The translations under genes and the position numbers were made by a program. Below, piece by piece: positions 1-9,065 of a DNA stretch of 64,000 nt (the stretch's first letter is position 1; each line of letters begins with the position of its first letter). This stretch comes from an uncultured Candidatus Saccharibacteria bacterium. GTDB lineage: Bacteria; Patescibacteriota; Saccharimonadia; Saccharimonadales; UBA7683. The notes beneath the pieces are model-generated. The model had not been told where the DNA came from. It was given only the letters and a program-made list of their open reading frames with translations, and did not search any database. The stretch spans positions 559,863-623,862 of the forward strand of contig CAZWBG010000001.1 in assembly GCA_964632215.1 (NCBI GenBank). The letters run 5' to 3'.

Positions 1-1438
1 AGATTCCATCGTTGTTAGCATCGCCGTTGTTAGGGCCGTTGTTTTCAGTAACATCTCGCGTCCCGTCGCCATCAACGTCGCTACTAGTAGCCAGCGTGGT
101 AACATCCTCGACGAGCCAGTTATCAAACAAATTGTTCGTAGCTTTCAGAGATATTTGGTAGTCAGTAGATGGATCAAGACCATTCACAGTAATACTTCCT
201 ACTAACGGGTTGGGTATCTGAAGTGGTGTCCAGTCAGCAGCGCCTGCCTTACGGTAACGAGCCTGCCACGTGGTAACACCCATGTCTCCACCTTCTTCGG
301 CTTGCATAACGCAGTTTAACGTTACGGCAGTTGCAGTTACAGATGGCCATTCGCATAGTGGGCTAGCTTTTGGATCTCCCGCTACTCGGTTCGAATAGAT
401 AGTATCTACAAAACCAAAGCCACCAACAGTGCCACCCAGAACATAGACCCTATTGCCATCAGAAACCGTTGACGGGAATTCTAAGGGTTGCGGCACAGGT
501 TCATCACTGAGTGTCCATTCACCTATCTCACCATTTTCAAGTAGTTGCGCAGAATATACGCTATTGGTGACACCATCACTATCAAAGCCACCAATCAAAA
601 ATACGTATCCCTGGAAGACAATTGCCGAAGCTCCGCGGATAGGTTCTGGCAAGGAGTTATCTAGTTCGGTCCAGGCGCCAATTACACCCCCAGATCCGAG
701 CGGTGCAGAATAGACATTATTAATAGAGGCATTTGCACCATACGTGAAGCCACCGATGTTATAAGCATATCCCTCAAAGGTTACTGTTGATGCCATATTA
801 ATCTCTTGTGGAAGTAGATTGTCACTGAGCACCCAGGCACCCACCGAGCCGTCTTCGTTAAGTTGTGCAGAGTAAACGGTGTCAACTGCTTGCGAGTTGT
901 CATCTCCCCCTACTACATATACATAGCCCTCGTGCACAAATGAACTGGCGTAGTACAGCGGATGCGGAAGAGCGTTAGCTTCAGTAGTCCATTCACCCAC
1001 AGCTCCAGTTTCGGGATCGATTGGTGCTGACAAGACAGCAGTAAGTGCCCCGCCATCACGTCCACCAATCACATAAATGTAGTTATTATATGTGGCCGCC
1101 GTCATTCTAAAATTAGCGTTTGGTAGATCATTTGGGCTATCGATCCAAGTGCCAACAGAGCCATCTGATTCTATTGGTGCATAAAAAACACCCTCGTTAT
1201 CTCCAGCAGTAGAACCACCCATAGTATAGATGAAGCCGTTAGCCTGCACTGCAGCAAACTGATTTTGTGCCTGTGGCAGACTATTTTCTTCAGTAGTCCA
1301 CTCGCCAATGGTACCTGGATCTGCTGCATGAACTGCAACCGGAGCAACCATACCAATAGTAAGCACCAACATCGCCACAATAATCCCGATACTGCCAGTA
1401 GTTTTCTTCTGAATCCTCACCAAATCAGCTAATACCAT
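1..1438 (-). CDS. Secreted Kelch-repeat beta-propeller protein with FN3-like and Asp-rich Ca-binding-like C-terminal parts (3' end runs off the window)
   Basis: My own reverse translation. ATG at 1438..1436 follows GGAGGG (ctaggagggcggattATG). N-terminus MVLADLVRIQKKTTGSIGIIVAMLVLTIGMVAPVAVHA looks like a signal or anchor. About six ~50-aa units carry a hydrophobic-GG strand plus VYSA(P/Q)..DG.(V/I)G.W. These are followed by an FN3-like segment and DVDGDGTRD/NNGDANNDG repeats. The frame stays open to position 1, and the ORF is missing from the track because it has no in-window stop. Confidence 0.7.
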   Translation of the reverse strand, partial: MVLADLVRIQKKTTGSIGIIVAMLVLTIGMVAPVAVHAADPGTIGEWTTEENSLPQAQNQFAAVQANGFIYTMGGSTAGDNEGVFYAPIESDGSVGTWIDSPNDLPNANFRMTAATYNNYIYVIGGRDGGALTAVLSAPIDPETGAVGEWTTEANALPHPLYYASSFVHEGYVYVVGGDDNSQAVDTVYSAQLNEDGSVGAWVLSDNLLPQEINMASTVTFEGYAYNIGGFTYGANASINNVYSAPLGSGGVIGAWTELDNSLPEPIRGASAIVFQGYVFLIGGFDSDGVTNSVYSAQLLENGEIGEWTLSDEPVPQPLEFPSTVSDGNRVYVLGGTVGGFGFVDTIYSNRVAGDPKASPLCEWPSVTATAVTLNCVMQAEEGGDMGVTTWQARYRKAGAADWTPLQIPNPLVGSITVNGLDPSTDYQISLKATNNLFDNWLVEDVTTLATSSDVDGDGTRDVTENNGPNNGDANNDGI

Positions 1439-1506
1439 AATCCGCCCTCCTAGTAATTACTTTGCAGTATACCATAAGAATTTTAATAGAATAATGGTAT
1501 TTTCCA

Positions 1507-1536
1507 AAATAAAAATCCCATTCTTTCGAGTGAGAT
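1507..1536 (-). terminator. Putative intrinsic terminator downstream of tRNA-fMet
   Basis: On the minus strand, ATCTCA..(10-nt loop)..TGGGAT forms a 6-bp stem with one G-U pair, followed by TTTTTATTTT. Confidence 0.4.
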
Positions 1537-1544
1537 CCTTATTT

Positions 1545-1619
1545 TGGTAGCGGGAGTAGGACTCGAACCTACGACCTCTTGGTTATGAGCCAAGCGAGCT
1601 GCCACTGCTCCATCCCGCG
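1545..1619 (-). tRNA. Initiator-type tRNA-fMet (anticodon CAT)
   Basis: The 75-nt cloverleaf CGCGGGA-UG-GAGC-AGUGGCA-GCUC-G-CUUGG-CUCAUAA-CCAAG-AGGUC-GUAGG-UUCGAGU-CCUAC-UCCCGCU-A-CCA folds by hand. It has a C1/U72 mismatch and is close to the E. coli tRNA-fMet as I recall it (CGCGGGG.GGAGCAG...CUCAUAAC...AGGUCG). Confidence 0.85.
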
Positions 1620-1732
1620 ATATCTGAAGCACAACATTATTCCACATTATCAAATCAATTGATTGGATTTTAAGACAAAATTTATCTTATAGTGCTTAAA
1701 TATTGTACCTATTTTTGAGCTTTTTGGCAAGA

Positions 1733-2155
1733 CTAGGCTTTGCCCTCTAGTTGGTTGCCCTGCAAAAAACGTAGCCACGCCTTAATATTAGCTTGCCAAC
1801 CAGTTGGCTCGGGCGCAGGAGCGGCTACGGTATTTTTAGCCACTGGCGCCTGCTGGGCTTTACCGCTATCTGGTAGATAGACTAAGTATTCGCCTGGCGT
1901 GGTTTTATTAAACTTTTCTCGGGAAGCTAGTTCCATGTAATCGTCTGTTTTGAGGTAGCTAATTTTATATCTTAAATTCTGATTGATAATTTCTTGGAGC
2001 TCCACTTCACGCGCCAACTGGTCTTGTTTCTGTTGCAGGTGATAGTTGCGTTGCATAGCTGTAATTGTGTTCCATACTAAAGTTAGGGCGATTAAAAGCG
2101 CTCCCACTAACATGAGGTCGTTAAACGTAAAATAATGTCGTAATTTTTTTTTCAT
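1733..2155 (-). CDS. FtsB/DivIC-type septum formation initiator
   Basis: 140 aa with an N-terminal TM segment (LMLVGALLIALTLVW), a coiled coil (QQKQDQLAREVELQEIINQNLRYKISYLKTDDYMELASREKF) and PGE.LVY, which is the typical DivIC/FtsB layout. Confidence 0.7.
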   Translation of the reverse strand: MKKKLRHYFTFNDLMLVGALLIALTLVWNTITAMQRNYHLQQKQDQLAREVELQEIINQNLRYKISYLKTDDYMELASREKFNKTTPGEYLVYLPDSGKAQQAPVAKNTVAAPAPEPTGWQANIKAWLRFLQGNQLEGKA

Positions 2156-2266
2156 ATTTGTCTGAGTTACTGTTCATTGCAATTATATAATACTTGGCTA
2201 CTTTGCGCCATCATCTGATATACTTACTACTGTTGTTTGTATTTACATAAATATAGCAACCCTGTC

Positions 2267-2342
2267 GGGGGTGTAGCTCAGTGGTTAGAGCAGTTGGCTC
2301 ATAACTAATTGGTCCCTGGTTCAAGTCCAGGCACCCCCACCA
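2267..2342 (+). tRNA. tRNA with CAT anticodon, elongator Met type (lysidine-modified tRNA-Ile2 not excluded)
   Basis: The 76-nt cloverleaf GGGGGTG-TA-GCTC-AGTGGTTA-GAGC-A-GTTGG-CTCATAA-CTAAT-TGGTC-CCTGG-TTCAAGT-CCAGG-CACCCCC-A-CCA has a fully paired acceptor stem. Confidence 0.85.
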
Positions 2343-2396
2343 TTTTTGTATTTTATTATTTCGGTTGTGCTGAGTTTCTTATGTTAAGATGAAGCA

Positions 2397-3044
2397 ATGC
2401 ACGCCACGCTTCCAAAACTCCCTATTGTCCTGGACGATGCTCAAAACTTGGCTCAATTTATTGAACGTGAAGAAGCTCTTTCAACAGCCTCGTTTCAAGA
2501 CGAAGATATCAGCGGGCTGCAAACAAGGGGTGTCGAGGCATCTGAGCTAAAACTAGAGAAGGTTAATTTTTCGCAGGCCAAACTAGATAAATCTGACTTT
2601 ACTGATGTGCAGCTATCGGGTTGCGAACTCGCTGCCACGACGTTCGCGGACTCTGGTTGGCGACGGGTACTGGTTGAAAAATCACGTTGCAGCGGTATTC
2701 AACTACAAAATACCTTTCTTAAAGACGTGACATTTGTTGGCTGCAAGTTAAATATGGCTAACTTTCGCTTCGCAAAACTAATAAACGTCTGCTTTAAAGA
2801 TTGCGATCTTGAAGAAGCAGACTTTTATATGGCTGAACTAACTAACGTATCTTTTGAAGCGTGCACACTAAACAAGCTAGAGTTTTCTAGCTCTACACTG
2901 AAAAAGGTTGATCTGAGAACATCGGTCATAACCGATGTTACTGGTATTAGGAATCTTTCAGGAGCAATTATAGATTCTACGCAGCTTATTGCACTAGCTC
3001 CCACATTGGCTCAGGGACTCGGTATACAAGTTAAGGACGAGTAA
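2397..3044 (+). CDS. Pentapeptide-repeat protein (Qnr/MfpA-like size and layout)
   Basis: 215 aa, almost entirely A(D/N)LXX-type pentapeptides, for example ANFRFAKLINVCFKDCDLEEADFYMAELTNVSFEACTLNKLEFSSSTLKKVDL. Confidence 0.8.
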   Translation: MHATLPKLPIVLDDAQNLAQFIEREEALSTASFQDEDISGLQTRGVEASELKLEKVNFSQAKLDKSDFTDVQLSGCELAATTFADSGWRRVLVEKSRCSGIQLQNTFLKDVTFVGCKLNMANFRFAKLINVCFKDCDLEEADFYMAELTNVSFEACTLNKLEFSSSTLKKVDLRTSVITDVTGIRNLSGAIIDSTQLIALAPTLAQGLGIQVKDE

Positions 3045-3054
3045 ATCAAGTAAC

Positions 3055-3474
3055 CTAGTGAACCGGGAACTCATCCCGAGGAGGGAAAACTGGGCTGTTC
3101 ACACCCTGTTCTGCAGATATTAAATCTCCTGCACCATTTTCGACAGAAGCAGCATCGTCGTTAGGGTCTATTCGAAAGCTAGGTAAATCTACCGATATAG
3201 CGCCCTTGAGTACACTACGCACCAGTAGCACACCCTCTTTGCCGGTACTTATATCGCTCGAGCTCAACATGTCACCCCTGGCCCCAACAAACTCCTTAGG
3301 TCTCGGGAGTCTCCTACCCTTTCCACCATGCCGGGTGTGTGGCACTGCATTACCTGGTGTAATTGGAATTTCTGTAGTTTGTAGAGCCTCGGGTGCTTTC
3401 GGAGACTCTAAGAAGGGGCTTAGCCCGTAATCGGTTGGATCATAGTCTTCATGACGACCGTTCATAGTAAGCAT
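3055..3474 (-). CDS. Hypothetical protein
   Basis: 139-aa ORF with no recognisable motif. It is locally GC-richer than its neighbours, and the overlapping plus-strand ORF 3206..3430 is the alternative reading. Confidence 0.35.
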   Translation of the reverse strand: MLTMNGRHEDYDPTDYGLSPFLESPKAPEALQTTEIPITPGNAVPHTRHGGKGRRLPRPKEFVGARGDMLSSSDISTGKEGVLLVRSVLKGAISVDLPSFRIDPNDDAASVENGAGDLISAEQGVNSPVFPPRDEFPVH

Positions 3475-3515
3475 ATTGTACCAAATTACTTACTTATTGT
3501 CAAATATTTAATATT

Positions 3516-4634
3516 TCACTCCCATCGAAAAACACGGAAGGCAATAAAGTAGATGATAATAAACCAAACTCCCATTACTGCAAGCTGTGGACCAAGTTCA
3601 AAGATAGTCTTACCCTCGGTAATAACCATGCGGGTGCTGTCTATAACGGCCGTGAGTGGAATAAACTTTGTAATACTCTGCAGCCATTCGGGCATTAAGA
3701 AGGTCGGAAAGAAGACGCCACTCAGGAACATCATCGGGAAAGTTATTAAATTAGCCAGTGGAGCTGCTTGGCTTTCATTCTTGGCCCATCCGCCAATCGC
3801 CAACCCTATACCAAACAGTAGTGTCACACCAAGTATTAAAACAGCTAAGAGGCTCAGGTAATCACCTCTCATACGCAAGTGGAAGACCAAGGTGGCCGCT
3901 ATAAACATAGTTGTAATTGACATCAGACCTACGGCTGCATTAGACAGCACATTTCCGGTAAAATACTGCCAAACCTTAAGTGTGGTGGTATGGTAGCGTC
4001 GCAATACACCCTGTTCTTTCAGCCTTGGGAAAACACTGGTTGGGCCGAACACACCAAGAGTTAGGATAGTAAAACCAACTAGACCAGCAAAGATGTAATC
4101 AAACTGGGTGAGACCCTTGGTATCAGTTGACTCTGCTCGTACTGTAAAAGGCGTGGGAGCACTTACAAACTTGCTGTTAATATCCTTGAACGTCGCCTCT
4201 AACACCAAGCTAAGTGTTTGACCAGCTTGCTGATTGTTTTGGGTATAAATAACTTGAGCTTGGCCACTCGGATACTGTTCATTTACTACCTGACCGAAAT
4301 CGGGTGGGAGAACAATAGTAGCATCGAGCTTGCCTTGATTCATCTTCTCCTGAGCCGCTTCAATAGTAGTGACCTTCTCATCTACCTTCAGAACGCTGTT
4401 TTGCTTTGCCTCACTAACAAAATCTGACGCAAATTGACTGCTAGACTGATTGAGTAAAGCGACATTGAAGGAAACGCTTGCGTCTTTACCGTAAAGACCA
4501 CCAAATACAAACAAGAAGATTAACGGGAATATAAAAGTAAAGAAGATTGCTACTTTGTCGCGAAATAGGCGCCGGATATCAATACGGGCAAAGGTCACGA
4601 TTGGTAAAAAGGCTCGGTACAGCTTATTCATCAT
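3516..4634 (-). CDS. ABC-2 type transporter permease
   Basis: 372 aa with an N-terminal TM segment, a large extracytoplasmic loop and a C-terminal cluster of five TM segments. Its start overlaps the stop of the upstream ATPase (ATGA at 4634). Confidence 0.75.
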   Translation of the reverse strand: MMNKLYRAFLPIVTFARIDIRRLFRDKVAIFFTFIFPLIFLFVFGGLYGKDASVSFNVALLNQSSSQFASDFVSEAKQNSVLKVDEKVTTIEAAQEKMNQGKLDATIVLPPDFGQVVNEQYPSGQAQVIYTQNNQQAGQTLSLVLEATFKDINSKFVSAPTPFTVRAESTDTKGLTQFDYIFAGLVGFTILTLGVFGPTSVFPRLKEQGVLRRYHTTTLKVWQYFTGNVLSNAAVGLMSITTMFIAATLVFHLRMRGDYLSLLAVLILGVTLLFGIGLAIGGWAKNESQAAPLANLITFPMMFLSGVFFPTFLMPEWLQSITKFIPLTAVIDSTRMVITEGKTIFELGPQLAVMGVWFIIIYFIAFRVFRWE

Positions 4635-5401
4635 TATTCCCTCAGATCCTTACCAGTTAGGTCAATAAAAACATCTTCAAGATTTGCCTGTTCGACATGT
4701 TGAGCCTTCTTAAATCCTCGTTCGATAAGGGCCCGAATAAGCTTCTTAGGGGTATCAAGAGAAATAATTTTGCCTTTATCCATAATAGCCACTCGATCAC
4801 AAAGTAATTCGGCTTCATCCATATAGTGGGTTGTCATAATCACGGTAACTCCTCGGTCTCGGACATCTCGTATTAGATCCCATAAGTTTCGACGTGCTTG
4901 AGGGTCAAGACCCGTTGTGGGCTCGTCTAAGAAGAATAACTTTGGGCCGTGCACTAGTGCAGCTGCAATGCTAAAACGTTGTCTCTGGCCACCAGAGAGG
5001 TTCTCTGGGTAGCTTTGAGCTTTGTCGAGTAGCTGCACATCTGCTAAAAACTTTTTTGGGTCAATCTTTTCACCATAGGTTGAAGCAAAAAATTCAATCA
5101 GTTCAGTTAATTTTGTTCGCGCTTCGAAAGATGGCGTTTGTGGCTGCACTCCAATTAAGGATCGGATTTCCGTTGGGTTTTTAGCTACATCTAGTCCAGC
5201 AAGCACAGCGGTGCCCTGGTCGATAGTCCTCAAAGCCTCAAGCATCTCGAGTGTCGTAGTTTTACCAGCACCGTTAGGACCTAAAATACCAAATATCTCG
5301 CCCTTTTTAACCGCAAAGCTAATACCGTCCACTACTCTTTGCCCATCATAAATTTTTGTGAGATCCTCAACTACAAGAATCTCTTCTGTGTTTTTATTCA
5401 T
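4634..5401 (-). CDS. ABC transporter ATP-binding protein (DrrA/NatA-like)
   Basis: Walker A GPNGAGKTT, signature LSGGQRQR and Walker B LFFLDEPTTGLD are all present. Confidence 0.9.
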   Translation of the reverse strand: MNKNTEEILVVEDLTKIYDGQRVVDGISFAVKKGEIFGILGPNGAGKTTTLEMLEALRTIDQGTAVLAGLDVAKNPTEIRSLIGVQPQTPSFEARTKLTELIEFFASTYGEKIDPKKFLADVQLLDKAQSYPENLSGGQRQRFSIAAALVHGPKLFFLDEPTTGLDPQARRNLWDLIRDVRDRGVTVIMTTHYMDEAELLCDRVAIMDKGKIISLDTPKKLIRALIERGFKKAQHVEQANLEDVFIDLTGKDLRE

Positions 5402-5455
5402 ACGCTCTCTACTCTACACGGATAGTAAAAACTTGTCGAGAGTTGCAAGCAATAC

Positions 5456-5484
5456 AAAAACACGACCCACTGGGCCGTGTTTTT
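5456..5484 (-). terminator. Intrinsic (bidirectional-looking) terminator
   Basis: AAAAACACGACCC-ACT-GGGCCGTGTTTTT forms a 9-bp stem with one mismatch, flanked by an A-run and a T-run. It sits just downstream of the small CDS that ends at 5504. Confidence 0.7.
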
Positions 5485-5503
5485 GTATAATAAGGTAGTA
5501 AAA

Positions 5504-5713
5504 CTACGCTTTTTTCTTAAGAACCAAGAAACCGTTACGAGGGTTCTCTTCAACTTTTCGATCTTCTGGAAGATCAGTTGGTTCGCCCTTAGCATTGGTA
5601 TCTGACTTGCTGAAGTAATAAATGCGCTGTTCTTTTCCACCGCGCAATTTAGTTACTGATGTAAACAGGTAATATGTTACACCTTTTGAGTTTGTGTGCG
5701 AATACTGTGCCAT
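5504..5713 (-). CDS. Small hypothetical protein (69 aa)
   Basis: Internal ATG at 5713 follows AAGGAGGAG (gtaaggaggagtaacaacATG). The longer track start at 5782 has no RBS. The sequence is basic and Lys-rich. Confidence 0.5.
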   Translation of the reverse strand: MAQYSHTNSKGVTYYLFTSVTKLRGGKEQRIYYFSKSDTNAKGEPTDLPEDRKVEENPRNGFLVLKKKA

Positions 5714-5791
5714 GTTGTTACTCCTCCTTACAATTAGTTCGCGTACCCCTACCATAACGAAGGGTTTATCTGTTGTCAACACTCGGTTTTA

Positions 5792-6412
5792 CTAGAGGCC
5801 GTTTCGAACTCGATGCCTTGTAACCAATCTTACGGCGATATATTCAATCAAACGAATAACCATCCATACACCTATTACCCCTGTTATTAGCAGTGAAAGT
5901 CCTGCCAAGTCTGGAGTCCAACGGGGCGAGGCAAAGCTATACTGAAACAAGGCCTTGTCAGGCAAAATTATTTCTTTTGGTCCAACCCCAGGATTGTTAG
6001 AAAGCGCGTAGTCAGCCGCACACTGGGCGATACTTGTTAGGGGTACCCCGCGCCGCTCACAGGCAGCCGCAGCCTCACCATACACATCACGACCACTTGC
6101 TAAATTGGCCGTCTCTATAATTGCCTGAGTTTGACGATTATAGGTGTTTACCAGCTCTACAGGCCTCACGATTTGGGTATTCATATGTCGGAAAACATAC
6201 TCGTTCAACCGAGTCAGCGCCCCTTGAATGTCACCACCCTGTTCATCTGCCTGCACAACCTGATTGCGTAGCTCAACCATCTTAAGGTTATTCTGACGCA
6301 GAAAGAAAACGCTGAGGCCAAGAAAGATTACAAAAGCCAGCAGTAAGTAGACTGTCTTGATCCGTTTTTTGCGCCAATGATGCACAAATTGTTTTGTATG
6401 CCACCCATCCAT
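5792..6412 (-). CDS. Hypothetical bitopic membrane protein
   Basis: 206 aa with N- and C-terminal TM segments around a Cys-containing extracytoplasmic domain. No family recognised. Confidence 0.5.
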   Translation of the reverse strand: MDGWHTKQFVHHWRKKRIKTVYLLLAFVIFLGLSVFFLRQNNLKMVELRNQVVQADEQGGDIQGALTRLNEYVFRHMNTQIVRPVELVNTYNRQTQAIIETANLASGRDVYGEAAAACERRGVPLTSIAQCAADYALSNNPGVGPKEIILPDKALFQYSFASPRWTPDLAGLSLLITGVIGVWMVIRLIEYIAVRLVTRHRVRNGL

Positions 6413-6482
6413 TACTCTCTATTGTAGCAAAGCAGTCCAGCTTTACTTGCCTCTTTGGGCTGAATCCTTAATACTTAGAGCT

Positions 6483-7748
6483 ATGCACGTATATTTCTCT
6501 GGTGTTGGCGGTGTTGGTATTGGCCCCTTAGCCATGCTAGCACTCGACAGTGGCTATAATGTCAGCGGCTCAGATTTGCAGCAAAGCGAGATGGTCTCTT
6601 TCCTTCGAGATCGCGGAGCACGAGTGGTAATTGGTCAAGATGGCTCACAGATTGCCAATGAGCACATCGAAAAGCCGCTAGACTGGTTTGTCTACTCCTC
6701 AGCACTGCCAGAAGATCACCCTGAGCTCAAATTTGCACGCGAACATGGTATTAAAATAAGTAAACGAGCTGATTTTCTTAATCACCTTATAGATGAAAAG
6801 CAGCTGAGCCTGATAGCAGTAGCTGGAACACATGGCAAAACGACCACAACAGGTATGTTGGTATGGCTCTTTAAGCAGATGGGTATTCCAGTAAGCTACT
6901 CTATCGGTACCAGTGTTAATTTTGGACCACCAGCCCAATATCAAGCAGGTTCTGAGTATTTTGTGTATGAATGTGATGAGTTTGACCGTAATTTCTTAGA
7001 ATTTAAACCTTACCTGAGCCTCGTTACGTCACTAGACTATGACCACCCCGATACCTACCCAACCTCAGCCGACTATGACTACGCCTTTATAGATTTTCTC
7101 ACGCAGAGTAAGCGTAAAATTATGTGGCAAAATGATGCCGACCATCTGAATCTAAAAGATGAGCCAAGCCTTTCTATACTAAGTGAGAGTGACCCTGGAG
7201 TTAGTTTAGTGAAGCTACCCGGTACACATATGCGGCGTAATGGCTGGTTGGCCGCTCAAAGTTTGCACGAACTATTTGGGAACCAACCTATGGAAGACAT
7301 TCTGCGAGCCCTAGCACAGTTCCCAGGGACCAATCGTCGGTTTGAAAAACTCGGCCATAACCTCTATACCGACTACGCTCATCACCCTACCGAAATTGCT
7401 GCCACTATCCAGATGGCCAAAGAGTTGAACCAGAAAGTAGTAGTTGTTTATCAGCCACACCAGAATGTTCGACAACATGAACTCGCAAAAGAAGGTGGCT
7501 ACAAAGGTAGTCTTGAGGGTGTCGAGAAAGTCTATTGGTTGCCAACCTACTTAAGCCGTGAGGATTCAGCATTACCAGTTCTCACACCCAAAGAGCTCAT
7601 CACAACAGCCACTAACGGATCCGATATTGTCGAAGCAGGTATGAGTGAGCAGCTCTGGCAGGCAATTGAAGAACACCGCAAAAATGGTACTCTGGTGATC
7701 TGTATGTCAGCTGGTGATCTCGACCACTGGCTCCGCCAAATGCTGTAA
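6483..7748 (+). CDS. murC: UDP-N-acetylmuramate--L-alanine ligase (Mur ligase family)
   Basis: N-terminal Rossmann motif HVYFSGVGGVGIGPLAMLALDSGYNVSGSD and Mur ligase P-loop AVAGTHGKTTTTGML. I prefer the ATG at 6483 over the TTG at 6447. Confidence 0.75.
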   Translation: MHVYFSGVGGVGIGPLAMLALDSGYNVSGSDLQQSEMVSFLRDRGARVVIGQDGSQIANEHIEKPLDWFVYSSALPEDHPELKFAREHGIKISKRADFLNHLIDEKQLSLIAVAGTHGKTTTTGMLVWLFKQMGIPVSYSIGTSVNFGPPAQYQAGSEYFVYECDEFDRNFLEFKPYLSLVTSLDYDHPDTYPTSADYDYAFIDFLTQSKRKIMWQNDADHLNLKDEPSLSILSESDPGVSLVKLPGTHMRRNGWLAAQSLHELFGNQPMEDILRALAQFPGTNRRFEKLGHNLYTDYAHHPTEIAATIQMAKELNQKVVVVYQPHQNVRQHELAKEGGYKGSLEGVEKVYWLPTYLSREDSALPVLTPKELITTATNGSDIVEAGMSEQLWQAIEEHRKNGTLVICMSAGDLDHWLRQML

Positions 7749-7763
7749 CATGACCTTGTGTAC

Positions 7764-8285
7764 TTATAAAAGCGGGTGGCCCAGGTGACGCTCCATGCGC
7801 TTTAGGTGTGATTGTGGCAAAGATATACCGTGTTCTTGTGCGCCGAATTGAGCAGCATCATGCAGACTGACTACTGCCTGTTGCACAGCCCGCATGCGCA
7901 CCTCTCGTACAGACTCCTTATTATGCTCCAGTGGCTCTAAGTATGTTGCTAAATGGCCCATAGCAATTGCAGAGTGATGTAGGATGAAGTCTGCACAACG
8001 AATATTCCTATTCCCCTCTGAAGTTATTACCTCACCAAGGTCTATATCTATGACTCTATGGACATTAATTAACTGCGATCTATACAGTGCCAGATCTGGT
8101 ATCACCTCCTCCACAATAATCTGTTCGGAATCACTGACTATTTTGAGTGGTATCTTTGCAATGTGCAGCATAATATGTCGCGTCTTCTGATCACGCCAAT
8201 CAGCAAGCTGCCACTCATCTTGATCAAATCGCGCTCGATCAAACTCCAGGGTTTCTTGTAATAGTAAACGTTCTCGCAGCGCCAC
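7764..8285 (-). CDS. Hypothetical protein
   Basis: 173-aa ORF, predicted helical and His-rich. No family recognised. Confidence 0.45.
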   Translation of the reverse strand: MALRERLLLQETLEFDRARFDQDEWQLADWRDQKTRHIMLHIAKIPLKIVSDSEQIIVEEVIPDLALYRSQLINVHRVIDIDLGEVITSEGNRNIRCADFILHHSAIAMGHLATYLEPLEHNKESVREVRMRAVQQAVVSLHDAAQFGAQEHGISLPQSHLKRMERHLGHPLL

Positions 8286-8300
8286 TCTTTAATCCCCTTC

Positions 8301-8999
8301 TTACTTTAATTCCTTCATGATACCACAGAAGTTGGTGGGGATACCTTGGGCGGTGAACCGTTCTTCGTAGTGGGTTTTGACTTTGTAGTCCTCAGATAGT
8401 TCAGAGTCATGTAGATCAAAGGTGAGTTCATTAAATTGCCACTTTTCAGCTACAAACTGCTCTAGGCTCCACAAAAATAGTTCGCGGTTATCAGTTTTAA
8501 ATTGGAGTTTTCCGGTGGGCTCTAGAATTTTGCGATACTGTTGCAAAAACAGAGGATGAGTTAATCTCCGTCGAATACTTCGCTTTCGCATAAATGGGTC
8601 CGGGAATGTGAGCCAGATAGTCGCTACCGATTTTTTCCCGAAAACCTGCGTCAGCCCCGCCAAATGCATGCGCACAAAAGCAATATTAGTTACACCCTCC
8701 TCTAGGGCCTGCTTGGCACTGGTATATAAACGATCTGATTTAATATCTATCGCGATGAAATTGTACTGCGGATGCCGACGAGCAAGCTCTAGACTAAACT
8801 GGGCATTACCAGCCGCGATCTCAAGAACTAGAGGCTGCTCTTCTTGAAGGTACGAAGTGAGTTGTTGCTGAAGTGTTTTTGGATCATCATTTTGAGAGAA
8901 CGAGAAACAGTTTTGATAGCTATCAAAACTGGCAAACTTATACTTTTTACGCTTACGCGTAATAATAAGGTGCTCAAAAGGATCTTTTGCCAATTTCAT
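8301..8999 (-). CDS. trmB: tRNA (guanine-N7)-methyltransferase
   Basis: SAM motif LEIAAGNAQF plus the TrmB-typical WLTFPDPFMRKRSIRRRL and KTDNRELF. Confidence 0.85.
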   Translation of the reverse strand: MKLAKDPFEHLIITRKRKKYKFASFDSYQNCFSFSQNDDPKTLQQQLTSYLQEEQPLVLEIAAGNAQFSLELARRHPQYNFIAIDIKSDRLYTSAKQALEEGVTNIAFVRMHLAGLTQVFGKKSVATIWLTFPDPFMRKRSIRRRLTHPLFLQQYRKILEPTGKLQFKTDNRELFLWSLEQFVAEKWQFNELTFDLHDSELSEDYKVKTHYEERFTAQGIPTNFCGIMKELK

Positions 9000-9065
9000 C
9001 CTCTGATACTAACAGACTAGGTTATATATCGGGAACCATAAGGAGTTTGCTATACTTGTGACTAT

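Noticed and set aside
453-1380. Track ORFs 453..713 (+) and 1171..1380 (-)
   Set aside because: Both lie inside or out of frame with the long Kelch-repeat reading frame (1..1438, minus). That frame has an RBS, a signal peptide and a coherent repeat structure, so these two are shadow ORFs.
5398-5640. 80-aa minus-strand ORF spanning the ABC-ATPase upstream region
   Set aside because: It runs through the intrinsic terminator hairpin (5456..5484) and overlaps the better-supported small CDS 5504..5713. It has no RBS.
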